Source of the DNA: Azolla caroliniana
Taxonomy: Eukaryota; Plantae; Polypodiophyta
Direction: 5' to 3'
Length of the DNA: 64,000 nt
Assembly: GCA_043228905.1 (NCBI GenBank)
Contig: JBHGNT010000011.1
Coordinates: 2,294,001 to 2,358,000 of the forward strand
The position numbers and the translations under genes were made by a program. Positions within the stretch are counted from its first letter, which is position 1, and each line of letters starts with the position of its first letter. The notes below the pieces were generated by a model, which had not been told where the DNA came from, made no database searches, and saw only the letters and a list, made by a program, of their open reading frames with translations. Shown one piece after another: positions 40,430 to 50,807 of the stretch.

Positions 40430-43400
40430 TCAATCTATAAGCAAATCAGGCAGAGCAGGCTCCTCTGGCGCTGATTGTTCTAGACTGTTTTCATTCGTGT
40501 CATCTCCAGGCTCTCCCGAATCTGATGTATGGTCAAACTGTGCTACATCTTCCAGGCCCACCAGCTCACTTGCTTCTTCATCAATTGGTTCCATTGGTTC
40601 TCGTGAAGTCATCTGGAACATCTCTGTCTCGTTGATGTGTTTTGCTCCGACTTCTTGATCCTGATATGGACAGTCCCAGATTCCTGTGATCCTCATTTTG
40701 ATGAAGTTAACTTGAGCAGGGTCCTTCTCCAATGCAACACAGTTTCTAAACATCTTCAATGCACAAGCTGTCGTTGTACCTAATGGTCGCATGAACACAA
40801 ACAAGTATATATAAGAAGTAACGTCTTAAACTTGATCGACAGGATTGAAATTAAATATATATATTATACCTGTGCCAGAGAACAAGTCTAGGACCCAATC
40901 ATCTGGATTCGAGAAGAGCTCTATGAGGCGGTTGATCAATCTTTGAGGTTTTTGATAAGGGTTCACCATACTTTTATCCCCTGACACATGTCTTAATTTT
41001 TTGGTTACAGCTGGGCACATGATGTAGTTAACCACGTTACGCTCATTGACATGTGCTCTAGCCTTCTTCTTTGTAATTGAATCATAGTAGCCCACACAAA
41101 AATGTTCGACCGCACTAACCATTCGATCGCCAGGGCTACGTGTAATATTTGTTTTGATCCTATAGAGAAAGAAAATCAAGTATTAGAGGTGTAAATGTTT
41201 ACATATAATAAGAAGTACTGTAATGAGTAAAAGCGAACTATAACGCACCAATGCATGTGTTCAGTGGCATGACAACGGGACTTCAAAGCTGTTGTGACTG
41301 ATAGTGATTGCCCCATGCTATGAAATATGACTATCCTCCACAAGGGGGCCAATGTCAATTCTGCGAAATCCTTTACCATTTTCTCGATCTGAGGGTACTT
41401 GAAAGGCACATCATCATATGTTGATCCCGCAATACGGAAACCATATGGTATGTCAGCTATCAGCAAAGTGTAGTGCCTTCTCGGTAACAGTTCGAGCATC
41501 TGGGATACTTCGCCATTGAAAACACTATAATGAAGCTGTTTGAAAGGATCGAACCTATGCAAAAAACTCTTTACAGTCTCCGAATCCTCGGGCAATTCCA
41601 TTTCCTTCCCTTTGGTCATTCTCTTCTCATATTTCGCACGTTCTAAGTGCGTGATGAAGGCCGCTGGAATACCGTCATTATTATCGTTATTCTTTTTCGA
41701 TTTTGATGGTTTCTGCAAGTGTCATTGTTGTTAGCAGGGAACATTACTTTCTAACATATCAACATTCAAAAGACACATACCCATTCTCTAAATACAATAA
41801 AATATTCCTCCAATGCCTTGTAGGAAGAAGTTATCGGGCAGGCTTGTTCAACTTCTTCCCATGTCGGTAAACTCAGTTTTTGCATCATCAACTCCTGAAT
41901 CTTCATGTATACGTTGTGACTGCACAATCAATATGAAATTAGAAATAAGATATTCAAAATAATTGAAGACTTTCATGAAAAGGTATACTATAAACATTTA
42001 CTTTTGCAAGTCTGTTACCATCTCGTCCAAACTAAATTCCTTGGCGATCACTCGAGATAGCACGGATATTAACAATCTATCATCTTTGATACCTTGTAAT
42101 GATCCCCAAGGTAAAAGTTTCATGTCCTCTGCTAACTCCTCGATTACCAAGTCGCTTTTTCCCTTGGTCTTTGATTTCATCTCAACTTGTGGATCAATTC
42201 TTCCCTTTTTTGATCTTTGCCCCTTGACTTCTTTCCGCTCCCACATAGAGAATATTTTGTCTTGGAGATCCCACACCTCTCTAGTCCGAAAAGCTAGTTG
42301 AAACCAAGAATCATATTTTCGGAGACCTTCGGATTTGGTACTCTCATCCACTGCAATCCCTGCTTCCAATAAACACTGGCGTCGCAATCCAAGCCACAAT
42401 CTTGAACCAAAACGATTCAAGGCATCCAGGTATTCATGATGAAAAAATCTTATCCTCTCTATACATGACATCTTTTGCCTATAATCGTTGTCATTGTTAT
42501 GGTCCCATGCGAGCAGCTTCGCCTCCTCGTGAGTTAGTCCTGCATATACCTTACATTCGGTGTACTTGAAGAACGGCGTGAGAGGATATTCTTTGACAAG
42601 TTGTCGTCGAGCTTCGGCCGAATGTGATCCTCCGATTACATAGTATGTGTAATCGTCTGCAGAGCTATACTTGAAATCTGCTATTGTTGGGCATTGTTCT
42701 TGATCAACCATTACCAAAAATGGCACCATAGTAGCGTGAGGATTGATTTTCATTTTGCTTTTCAGGTTTTGCACATGGACGGAGTGCGGCTCCCTAATTT
42801 CCAAGGGACGTCTTCCAGTCACAGGGTCAATGGGGGGCCTTTGGATAGAAGTAATGGGCAAATGAAATAGCTGGCCCCTGCGCACAAGTTTAGTCTTCAC
42901 AATATTTTCTCTTATTTTATTTTGTTCTGACGTCAGGACACCAGAAGATAGTTGTCCGCCTGGAGCCATGACGTCGACTTGTTGGTCGTCTTCTTCTTCC
43001 ACGAACTCTAATATTTCTTCTTCTTCTTCTTCGGGTCGTGGTTGTTTAGTATATTTCTTTTGAACAGGATTTGTCTTCCTAGACTTTTTTGGTGGAGTTT
43101 CTGCTTCACCGGTCATCATCTCTCCTGTCACGTACGGCCGGAGAGCTACCAACAAGTTATTTTTCGTTTGCAGGTCTTTACACAAAGCCTTGGGATTGCA
43201 AGATTCGGGTACTAGGTTTCCCTCATCAAGTCGCAATCGCCTGTTGCCAACGGAGCTCGAGACGTCGATTAAAATACTTGTAGAGTCAATGTCTTCGTAC
43301 TCTAGCTTGGTTACATGCCCATAATTAAATGTTTTTCCAAGCTGAAGTTTCCCTTCCCCGTCCGATTTGCCGTTATCAATAACAACACCCCATCCTCCTC

Positions 43401-43985
43401 GACATAAGAGAGACACCATTCAAGTTCGGGGTAATCCTTATATTTCACCTCAACCGTTTTCTCCTCTTGCGTACTACCTTTGTTGATTTTGGTAGTAGCC
43501 ACAGATGACTTGGATCCTCCTTCCCCCGTTGAGTCAAATAAATTCTTTTTACTCGTGTCCTTCATGAAGGAGCCAGAATCTCGTTTTGTCGGAGATCGAA
43601 TCTTCAATCTAAATGAAGGAACTTTTTGTCTGGGTTCACTGAAATTAAAAACGTTGGTGAAAACATAGAAACAACGTACAATTTTATCTAAATCACGCAA
43701 ATTATCATTTAAATTACGTCAATTTTATGGTCCCATGCGATAGTTTTTTATTGCAAAAACAACATTTTTTTCAACCAAAATCCGATGCACTGCATCGGAT
43801 TTTCGTTGAAAGTTGCATCGGATTTTGGTTGAAGGTCCTGCTTTTCAGAATTGCTTTCCAAGTTCGTTGTACAAAATAAAATAAAATATCTATGTGTTGA
43901 GGAAAGCAATCTTTAAGGAATCTTTAGGAATCTTAAAAAATGTAATGAATATTACTAACCTGACGATTTTCTTTCCCTTGTTCAT
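40430..43985 (-). CDS. ParB-like domain plus beta-class N6-adenine/N4-cytosine DNA methyltransferase; predicted exons 43985-43960, 43638-42002, 41919-41781, 41712-41249, 41159-40870, 40779-40430; one apparent 1-nt frameshift near 43400
   Basis: Five GT-AG introns, all phase-compatible, give about 968 aa after correcting the frameshift. Motif IV-like LLIADIPYG (DIPY at 41454-41443), W-IKTN...R..SAVE, NPYQKPQRLINRLIELFSNPDDWVLDLFSGTG|TTTACALKMFRNCVALEKD (motifs X/I/II), and ParB/Srx-like LPITSI...PFLVMV...YYVIGGSHSAEARRQL. Confidence 0.88.
43770..43833. repeat. 41-bp near-perfect palindrome plus a third arm copy
   Basis: TTCAACCAAAATCCGATGCA-C-TGCATCGGATTTTCGTTGAA, then AGT and TGCATCGGATTTTGGTTGAA. 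It lies in predicted intron 1 of the methyltransferase gene. Confidence 0.9.
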
Positions 43986-44282
43986 GGTTCGTGCCGGAGG
44001 TAGTGCTGTTGACGATGTGCTTCTGAGTGCTCGAAAATTGGCTTGTGCTCTGAGCTCGATGGATTCTTTCACGTGATAATGAAAATGAAATTTCTAACCT
44101 CCTTATATAGAAGACTTTAGCATTCTTTTTAAAATAAAAAATAATTTTTAATTATTTGTTTTTTAGGAAAATTTCGGAAAATAATATAGTTAATCTAAGT
44201 GTTTGGGTAGTTATATAGTTAGGCTTTAGCATTCCTTAATTTTCTCAAAAGAAGGTTTTAGAATACAGTTAGACTCCCTCAA

Positions 44283-45133
44283 ATGTCTTCTTCTACAAGT
44301 ATAACATCTCTTTTTTCTATTGCCCCCTTCTCATTGTCAGACAACTCGTATTTCTCAATAGAAGAGTACGACCACAAAAAACATTCGCGGCTTAAACAGA
44401 AAAGTGTGGCTCCTAGTACTTCGAATTCTCTGTTTTCAATTGATCCTGTTGATGGCCCTCTTCATGCAAGATTACAAGCGGACGATTCTTCGTCGATAGA
44501 TAACAATAGCATTACTAAACCTTTAGCATTTAAAAGAGTTCCTCGACAAGTTAGTGAAAAGAGATTTAATTTCTTATGTTCTGATCGTCAACTTCTATGC
44601 GACTTGAACAAATCGTGTTGTGCGAATCTCTGTCTATCAACTTATGGAAAGTCAAGGTTACGTGAAACACGACAAAAATACTTGTCGCTTAATGGGGAAG
44701 AGCAAGATACATTTCTTCTTTCGCATATGCAACTTAAATTGGATCACAAAGCAGGGCCTAATTCAACGCAAGTTGAATATTTCCTTGGACTAAATACCAA
44801 GTGTTGTCGAGCAGCTTTTAAAATCACTCATAGCATTGGAAATATGCGGCTGCAACAAGTTCAAGAGCGACTTCTGAAGGGCTCTTGGGTACAGTTCGAT
44901 CAAAATGGTTCTGGATGTAAGGGTCAAATTGGGCAACAGGCAATTAGGTGGATGGAGGTATATTTTTCAAAACAGTGCGAAGTTATGCCAACGACAGGAA
45001 GACTTCATTTGTCAGATAACTTTACTCGAAGGGAAGTTTACCAATCATACAAGGACGACATGTCTTCCGATGTTGAGCCTTACATACAGTACAGGCATTT
45101 TAATCGACTATGGAGGTTAAAATTTAATAACGT
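44283..45133 (+). pseudogene. Transposase N-terminal part, interrupted by an LTR element
   Basis: Cys-rich segments CCANLCL and CCRAAF, CEVMP..RLHL, and HFNRLWRLKFNNV, which continues naturally into PRKVRMGVCSIC after the insert. Confidence 0.85.
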
Positions 45134-48100
45134 TGTCGTAGTGTATTTTGTACACTACGTGAAAAACGTATATAGTATTAGATTCAATAAAAAATGAAGA
45201 AATAGAAGAAAATAGCAAAATAAATGGAACATGCATAGGGCAAGATTCAAACCTTGCACCTCCATGTTAATAATGTAATGTCTTACCATTACACTAGCAT
45301 TTCATTAGTGTTAAAGCATAGATGTCCCACATAGAAAGGTAAATTCACGCTAGGATAAACATTAGAAAAACGCATAACAAAAGAAAAAGCTACACATACA
45401 CATCTAGCGTGCATGATAAAAAACGCACAAGTTAGAAAAAAGCATGATCACTTTAGATAAAGCATATAGTCTATCTATAGGAAAAGCATGGGGTCTATAG
45501 TTAGAGAAAAAGTATGGATTACTAAGACTTCCTCATCACTACATAAGGATGGGGAGCACAATGTAATTATGTGTGAAAAATATTTGGAAACTAGATATGT
45601 TTCTAAAAAACACCAATTAATAAACTATACTCGTGGGATTCACGAGAATTCTATATCATTCTCTTTCAACCGAAGTTTATATTCTTATATTCATATTGAT
45701 TAATCTAATACAATACACTCGTGGGATTCACGAGTTTGCTATAACTCTTTCTTACAACATATTTATATTCTTATTAGCCTTAAAACTCTCCTCTTCCTAG
45801 TCCAAAACCTCAGTGGTTCCCACCCGACTCACGCAAACGATCCGGAGCCGAAAGGCACGACACAGTTGGTGAACCCAACGTGAAGACGGGTGGCAAGGAG
45901 ATGGAGAATCAACAAGAGGCGATGAACATGATGATAATGATGTTCGAGCGGATGCTACAAGAACAACGAGCAATGTCGGAGATCACGGGGGCAGTAAAGC
46001 GGCTCGTACAACGAAACGGGGAATTCAACGGTAAGGGTGTGTCACGCTACCTACGTGAATATAAGGCGGAGATGATGCAATATCGGATACCGGAAGGATT
46101 GCAAGTGATATCCTTTAGTCGGGTGGCCTCGGACGAACTACAAGAGAGAATCCACAAGATACAACAACAAAACTCGACTTGGGAGTCCTTTGAAGAAGCT
46201 TTACGGGAGGCATATGACTATGAGAGATGGACGGGACGAGATCGACGAGAATTCGACGAATGGGTGGCGTCGGAGAAGACTCACCGAAGTGCAACGCAAG
46301 CGTTCCTAGAGTTCGAGCATCGTTTTGCTCGACTCTCGGAGCGGGAACGAAGATTGGTGGGAGAAGATAAAGTCTTAATGTTCGTAAGATCGATCGATCG
46401 AAAAGAAAGGATGGACATCGGGATTGAACTCGAAGACGATGACGGTACGAATGGTCTTACCGAAGATTGGGCCGAAGTCCAAAGGGTATGCCGGAGACAT
46501 GATGAGAGGAAGATGAGAATCTTGTCAACGACATGGCCGATGAAGGATGGTCGATTGAGGAAAAACGATGAAGCCAATATGAAGGCCGAAATACAACATG
46601 ATGGTACCACGGGAGAAAGAGTGGAACAAGACACCCACTTGTCTTGTGAAAGAACGATGGCGAAGGATAAGGCCGATAATTCAAGTGTAGAAGGAAATTT
46701 CGGGATACAAGTGCCCGAGACATCGGGTCAAAAAGGGGTAAGCATAATAGATGTTTGCATAATTGATGCAGATAAAGAGGGTGAAGCGGATGTGATTAAG
46801 GAGGTAACCACAAAAGACGAAATCGAATCGGAGGTGGCTATGGACGAATCAATGGCGGATTGCCATATCGAGACTTCCCCACCACTGATTCCAGAGACTC
46901 CGGCGGTTGCGATCGAAAGGCAACGTGAGACCGAAGAGACGGAAGGTGGCGGAGAGAAAACGAATGTCGAAGCCGACGAATACGATGAAGAGATAGTCGA
47001 GAAGAATGCTAAGGGTGAAACTACGAAAGAAGGTAATACCGAGGATTCATGCCAACAATATCTAGAGACTTCGGCGGTTGTGTCCGAGAACCAACGTGAG
47101 ACCGGAGAGACAGGAGATGGCGGCGAGGAAGGTAAAGTCGGAAGTCGGTTCGGATGGAAAATGATCCATCCGAAATTCCAATCTAAAAGAAAGTGCGACA
47201 ATGCGGAGGTCGGGTCTACGACGGGAGAAGCGCGTAATACAGAGCACGCTCTACGGCGAATAAAGAAACGCGTGTTATGGCGAATAAAGAAGCACGCGCT
47301 ACGGCGAGAAAAGAAGCATGCATTACAACCACACGAGGACCGAACAACGAGCACATATCGGAGGACCTACGTGGCGAACAACGGAAAGAAGTGCCGAAAG
47401 TCGAACCGGACAAGGCAGGTGAAAATGAAGAAAAGAAAGCAAATCCGGACGAAAAGAAAAGAAAAGAAACCAACCCGAAAGAGCACTGAATCGGTAAAAA
47501 CCGATCAACCGAGTCCGGATCGACCGAATACAAATCGGAAAGGAAGCCGAACTAAACAAAAGACGATCCGACGAGACCGAATCGGAAGTAAGCTAATCCG
47601 ACTAAACCGAAAATCCGAAAAGAAGTCGAGATTGATGAAGAAAAGAAAGAGGGCAAGAAAAGATACTACCGCGGATGACAAGGACCAAGCGGGCCATGCA
47701 AAAAGCGAACGAAGACTATGGTGGATCGGATGTCGACAATGGTTCGGGTGGAAAGAATGGATGTGCTCCAAATGGAGAGACAAAGTCAACATAACAAGAG
47801 AAGTCGAGGGTACTACGAGCCGGCAACGAAACCAATCGGGTAGAGACCGGACGGAGGAGACTAACAAACACCAACAACTTCGGCACATACCGGAGGATGT
47901 GCGGGTTTGGAGGGGGTGAGTGTCGTAGTGTATTTTGTACACTACGTGAAAAACGTATATAGTATTAGATTCAATAAAAAATGAAGAAATAGAAGAAAAT
48001 AGCAAAATAAATGGAACATGCATAGGGCAAGATTCAAACCTTGCACCTCCATGTTAATAATGTAATGTCTTACCATTACACTAGCATTTCATTAGTGTTA

Positions 48101-48649
48101 AAGCATAGATGTCCCACATAGAAAGGTAAATTCACGCTAGGATAAACATTAGAAAAACGCATAACAAAAGAAAAAGCTACACATACACATCTAGCGTGCA
48201 TGATAAAAAACGCACAAGTTAGAAAAAAGCATGATCACTTTAGATAAAGCATATAGTCTATCTATAGGAAAAGCATGGGGTCTATAGTTAGAGAAAAAGC
48301 ATGGATTACTAAGACTTCCTCATCACTACATAAGGATGGGGAGCACAATGTAATTATGTGTGAAAAATATTTGGAAACTAGATATGTTTCTAAAAAACAC
48401 CAATTAATAAACTATACTCGTGGGATTCACGAGAATTCTATATCATTCTCTTTCAACCGAAGTTTATATTCTTATATTCATATTGATTAATCTAATACAA
48501 TACACTCATGGGATTCACGAGTTTGCTATAACTCTTTCTTACAACATATTTATATTCTTATTAGCCTTAAAACTCTCCTCTTCCTAGTCCAAAACCTCAG
48601 TGGTTCCCACCCGACTCACGCAAACGATCCGGAGCCGAAAGGCACGACA
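45134..48649 (+). mobile_element. Young gag-only LTR retrotransposon nested in the transposase
   Basis: 729-bp LTRs at 45134-45862 and 47921-48649 (TGTCGT...ACGACA; only 2 differences noticed). PBS TGGTGAACCCAACGTGAA (tRNA-Trp-like) from 45867. PPT GGAGGGGGTGAG. No TSD. Confidence 0.93.
45901..47919 (+). CDS. Gag-like protein with acidic then basic low-complexity tail
   Basis: Intact ORF with gag-like FNGKGVSRYLREY, TWESFEEALREAY and FLEFEHRFARL. No RT, RNase H or integrase motifs. Confidence 0.75.
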   Translation: MENQQEAMNMMIMMFERMLQEQRAMSEITGAVKRLVQRNGEFNGKGVSRYLREYKAEMMQYRIPEGLQVISFSRVASDELQERIHKIQQQNSTWESFEEALREAYDYERWTGRDRREFDEWVASEKTHRSATQAFLEFEHRFARLSERERRLVGEDKVLMFVRSIDRKERMDIGIELEDDDGTNGLTEDWAEVQRVCRRHDERKMRILSTTWPMKDGRLRKNDEANMKAEIQHDGTTGERVEQDTHLSCERTMAKDKADNSSVEGNFGIQVPETSGQKGVSIIDVCIIDADKEGEADVIKEVTTKDEIESEVAMDESMADCHIETSPPLIPETPAVAIERQRETEETEGGGEKTNVEADEYDEEIVEKNAKGETTKEGNTEDSCQQYLETSAVVSENQRETGETGDGGEEGKVGSRFGWKMIHPKFQSKRKCDNAEVGSTTGEARNTEHALRRIKKRVLWRIKKHALRREKKHALQPHEDRTTSTYRRTYVANNGKKCRKSNRTRQVKMKKRKQIRTKRKEKKPTRKSTESVKTDQPSPDRPNTNRKGSRTKQKTIRRDRIGSKLIRLNRKSEKKSRLMKKRKRARKDTTADDKDQAGHAKSERRLWWIGCRQWFGWKEWMCSKWRDKVNITREVEGTTSRQRNQSGRDRTEETNKHQQLRHIPEDVRVWRG

Positions 48650-48653
48650 CAGT

Positions 48654-50476
48654 TGGTGAACCCACGAAAGGTGCGAATGGGAGTCTGCTCAATATGTGCG
48701 AGTTTAAAAAGTATGGCCAAGGGTGGAAAATCAGATGTAGAGATCAAGAATTACAAGAAGCTGTTAAAACAACATCGTGAAAGTCAGGCATTGGAACGTA
48801 CTAAGGCTATGCATCACCGACAAAAAGCGTTTCAATCTCCCGAAAAGTATATGTGCATGATTATTGACGGCATGGATCAAAAGAAAACTTGTTTGCCGCA
48901 TTTTCAAAGACTCCCCAAGGATATTGGAGATAAGTGTCTCGTGCAAATGCATCTAGTGGGTTGTTTGACATACTGTCAAACTATAAGACCACAAGTGTTC
49001 TTAACTTATCCCAATATCCACAACGACCCTAATCTTACTGTCACTGTCATGCACAGGGTATTACAATCATGGTCAGGTATACTCCCGCCAGTTCTATATG
49101 TGCAACTAGACAACACAGCAAGAGAGAATAAGAACTCAACTGTCTTCGGCTATCTAAGCATGCTAGTACAGAGGGGCATATTTAAAAAGATAAAGGTTAA
49201 CTTCTTGTTGGTTGGTCATACCCATGATCACATAGATCAAATGTTCAGTAGGTTCTCAAAGAAACTTGCACGCTGTAATGCTTTCACACTTCCCACGCTA
49301 TCCAAATTGATTAGTGAAGCATATACACCAAAGCCTGAAGTACAACACTTGGAAGAAGTATACGACTTTAAACGTTTCTGCATGGATAGTGACGGGACTA
49401 AAGGTAGGGTGCTTGCACCTCTTAATAATATAAGTTTCAACCATGTCTTCCTCATAAAACAAAGATCGGCCCACCTGAAGATGACGGTGTTGTTTGCGAA
49501 ACAATACTCATCTAGTGCACAATGGGAGCCCCAAGAAGGTTGTAGGCTCCTTCTTCATATCCCAGATGAACCTCTACATGGTGCACAACAAATGCCATAT
49601 GATGATCGTAAAAATGTAGCACCAAATAGTACTATTGATGAACAAAGGGCATATTGGTTGAGATGTCTAGCAGAGAAACAAAATAATATTGATCGGACTA
49701 AGAAGTATGCCCGTGATGAGGATGTTGAATGGTGGGAGATTTTCTTCACCCATCAACGCACCATTTTAGATAATTACATCGCCGGTTTATGGCCAATCCG
49801 TATCCCATTCACATGGAACATTGGGATGACATCAACGATATCGCAGACTCATCACCAACAATCGAATAATATGGAGCTTCATGATTTAGTTCGGCCACTG
49901 CAAAGAGATATTTATGTGGGACCAAGAAAGTCACGTACTGTTGAGGCAAGATGGCAAGGTAATTTGCAAGAACTACAAGTGGGAATGTTGGTTGCAACAT
50001 TAGCAGGGGACGATACCTTGGGCCATCCATTTTGGATTGCAAAAATTATTGAATTAGTAAGGGATGAAGAAAGTAATCAGACAAAGTCAATAGTAGTCCA
50101 TTGGTATCAGACAAATTCAACTGATGCATTTACAGGAAAGTATTCTTTAGAGATGGTTAAGGATGTCGGATGTTCAAGCAAAAAGAGAAGAAGAAACAAT
50201 ATACCGAGCACGGCTACTCTCGCACTAGACCGTGTTGACATACTAGTATATGACTTCTCATTGACAAAATCAGGTCATCTAAGACAAGCAACTATCAAGA
50301 TAATAAAGGAGAAAATCCCAAACATGGTGTCAAACGAAATACAGAGAATAACCAGAAGCAATTCTCATAACCACAAAGATGTTGGGTTGGAATTGGATGA
50401 GGATAATGCTTTGATTGCCACTGATGATGAGGATGAGACGTCAGAATGCTCTTCTAGTCCATCAGACATGTCTTAA
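48654..50476 (+). pseudogene. Transposase C-terminal part: CxxC, DDD catalytic core and BAH/Tudor-like tail
   Basis: CSIC, IIDGMDQKKT, LYVQLDNTARENKN and NFLLVGHTHDHIDQMFS resemble the Sola/DUF7869-type DNxxxxNKN and FLxxGHT motifs. The reading frame is open throughout. Confidence 0.87.
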
Positions 50477-50807
50477 TATATTGGTTTGGTTCAAGCTGGG
50501 GATTGTTTTACTACATGATCGGAAACTTTGTAAATTTGTTTTGGATGTAAACTCACGAATATGTATAATTGTAACTGGTAGACATGTTGTACATTATTTT
50601 GTAATTTTGGTGATGTATTTTCGGAGGCATTTTACTTATGACTCAAAGTGGTAGTCATGTTGAAATTCAATATATTTTGCCACCTTTTCTGAAAAGTTTT
50701 ACGCATGCGTCGTGTCTTTTTGAAAACTACATGCTTTTGTGCCCTTTTTCGACGTAGTGTTCTCATAATGCGACATATTACCTGTTTCAAATGACCCGGT
50801 GTTTCAA

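Larger units (their letters stand above)
39667..50803. mobile_element. 11.1-kb TIR DNA transposon (Sola-like) carrying a transposase and a ParB-methyltransferase gene
   Basis: Perfect 33-bp TIR AACACCGGGTCATTTGAAACAGGTAATATGTCG at 39667-39699 and 50771-50803. TSD TCAA at 39663-39666 and 50804-50807; a 2-bp CA TSD with 34-bp TIR is an equivalent reading. Removing the element and one TSD copy restores LINE ORF2 in frame (ATG CTC AAA TGG = MLKW). Confidence 0.95.

Noticed and set aside
40430-43985. Bacterial contamination as the source of the methyltransferase
   Set aside because: The gene has five phase-consistent GT-AG introns and lies within TIRs and a TSD inside a LINE whose ORF is restored on excision.
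45488-48490. Duplicated 71-aa ORF (45488-45703 and 48275-48490)
   Set aside because: It is incidental to the two LTR copies and has no recognisable motif.
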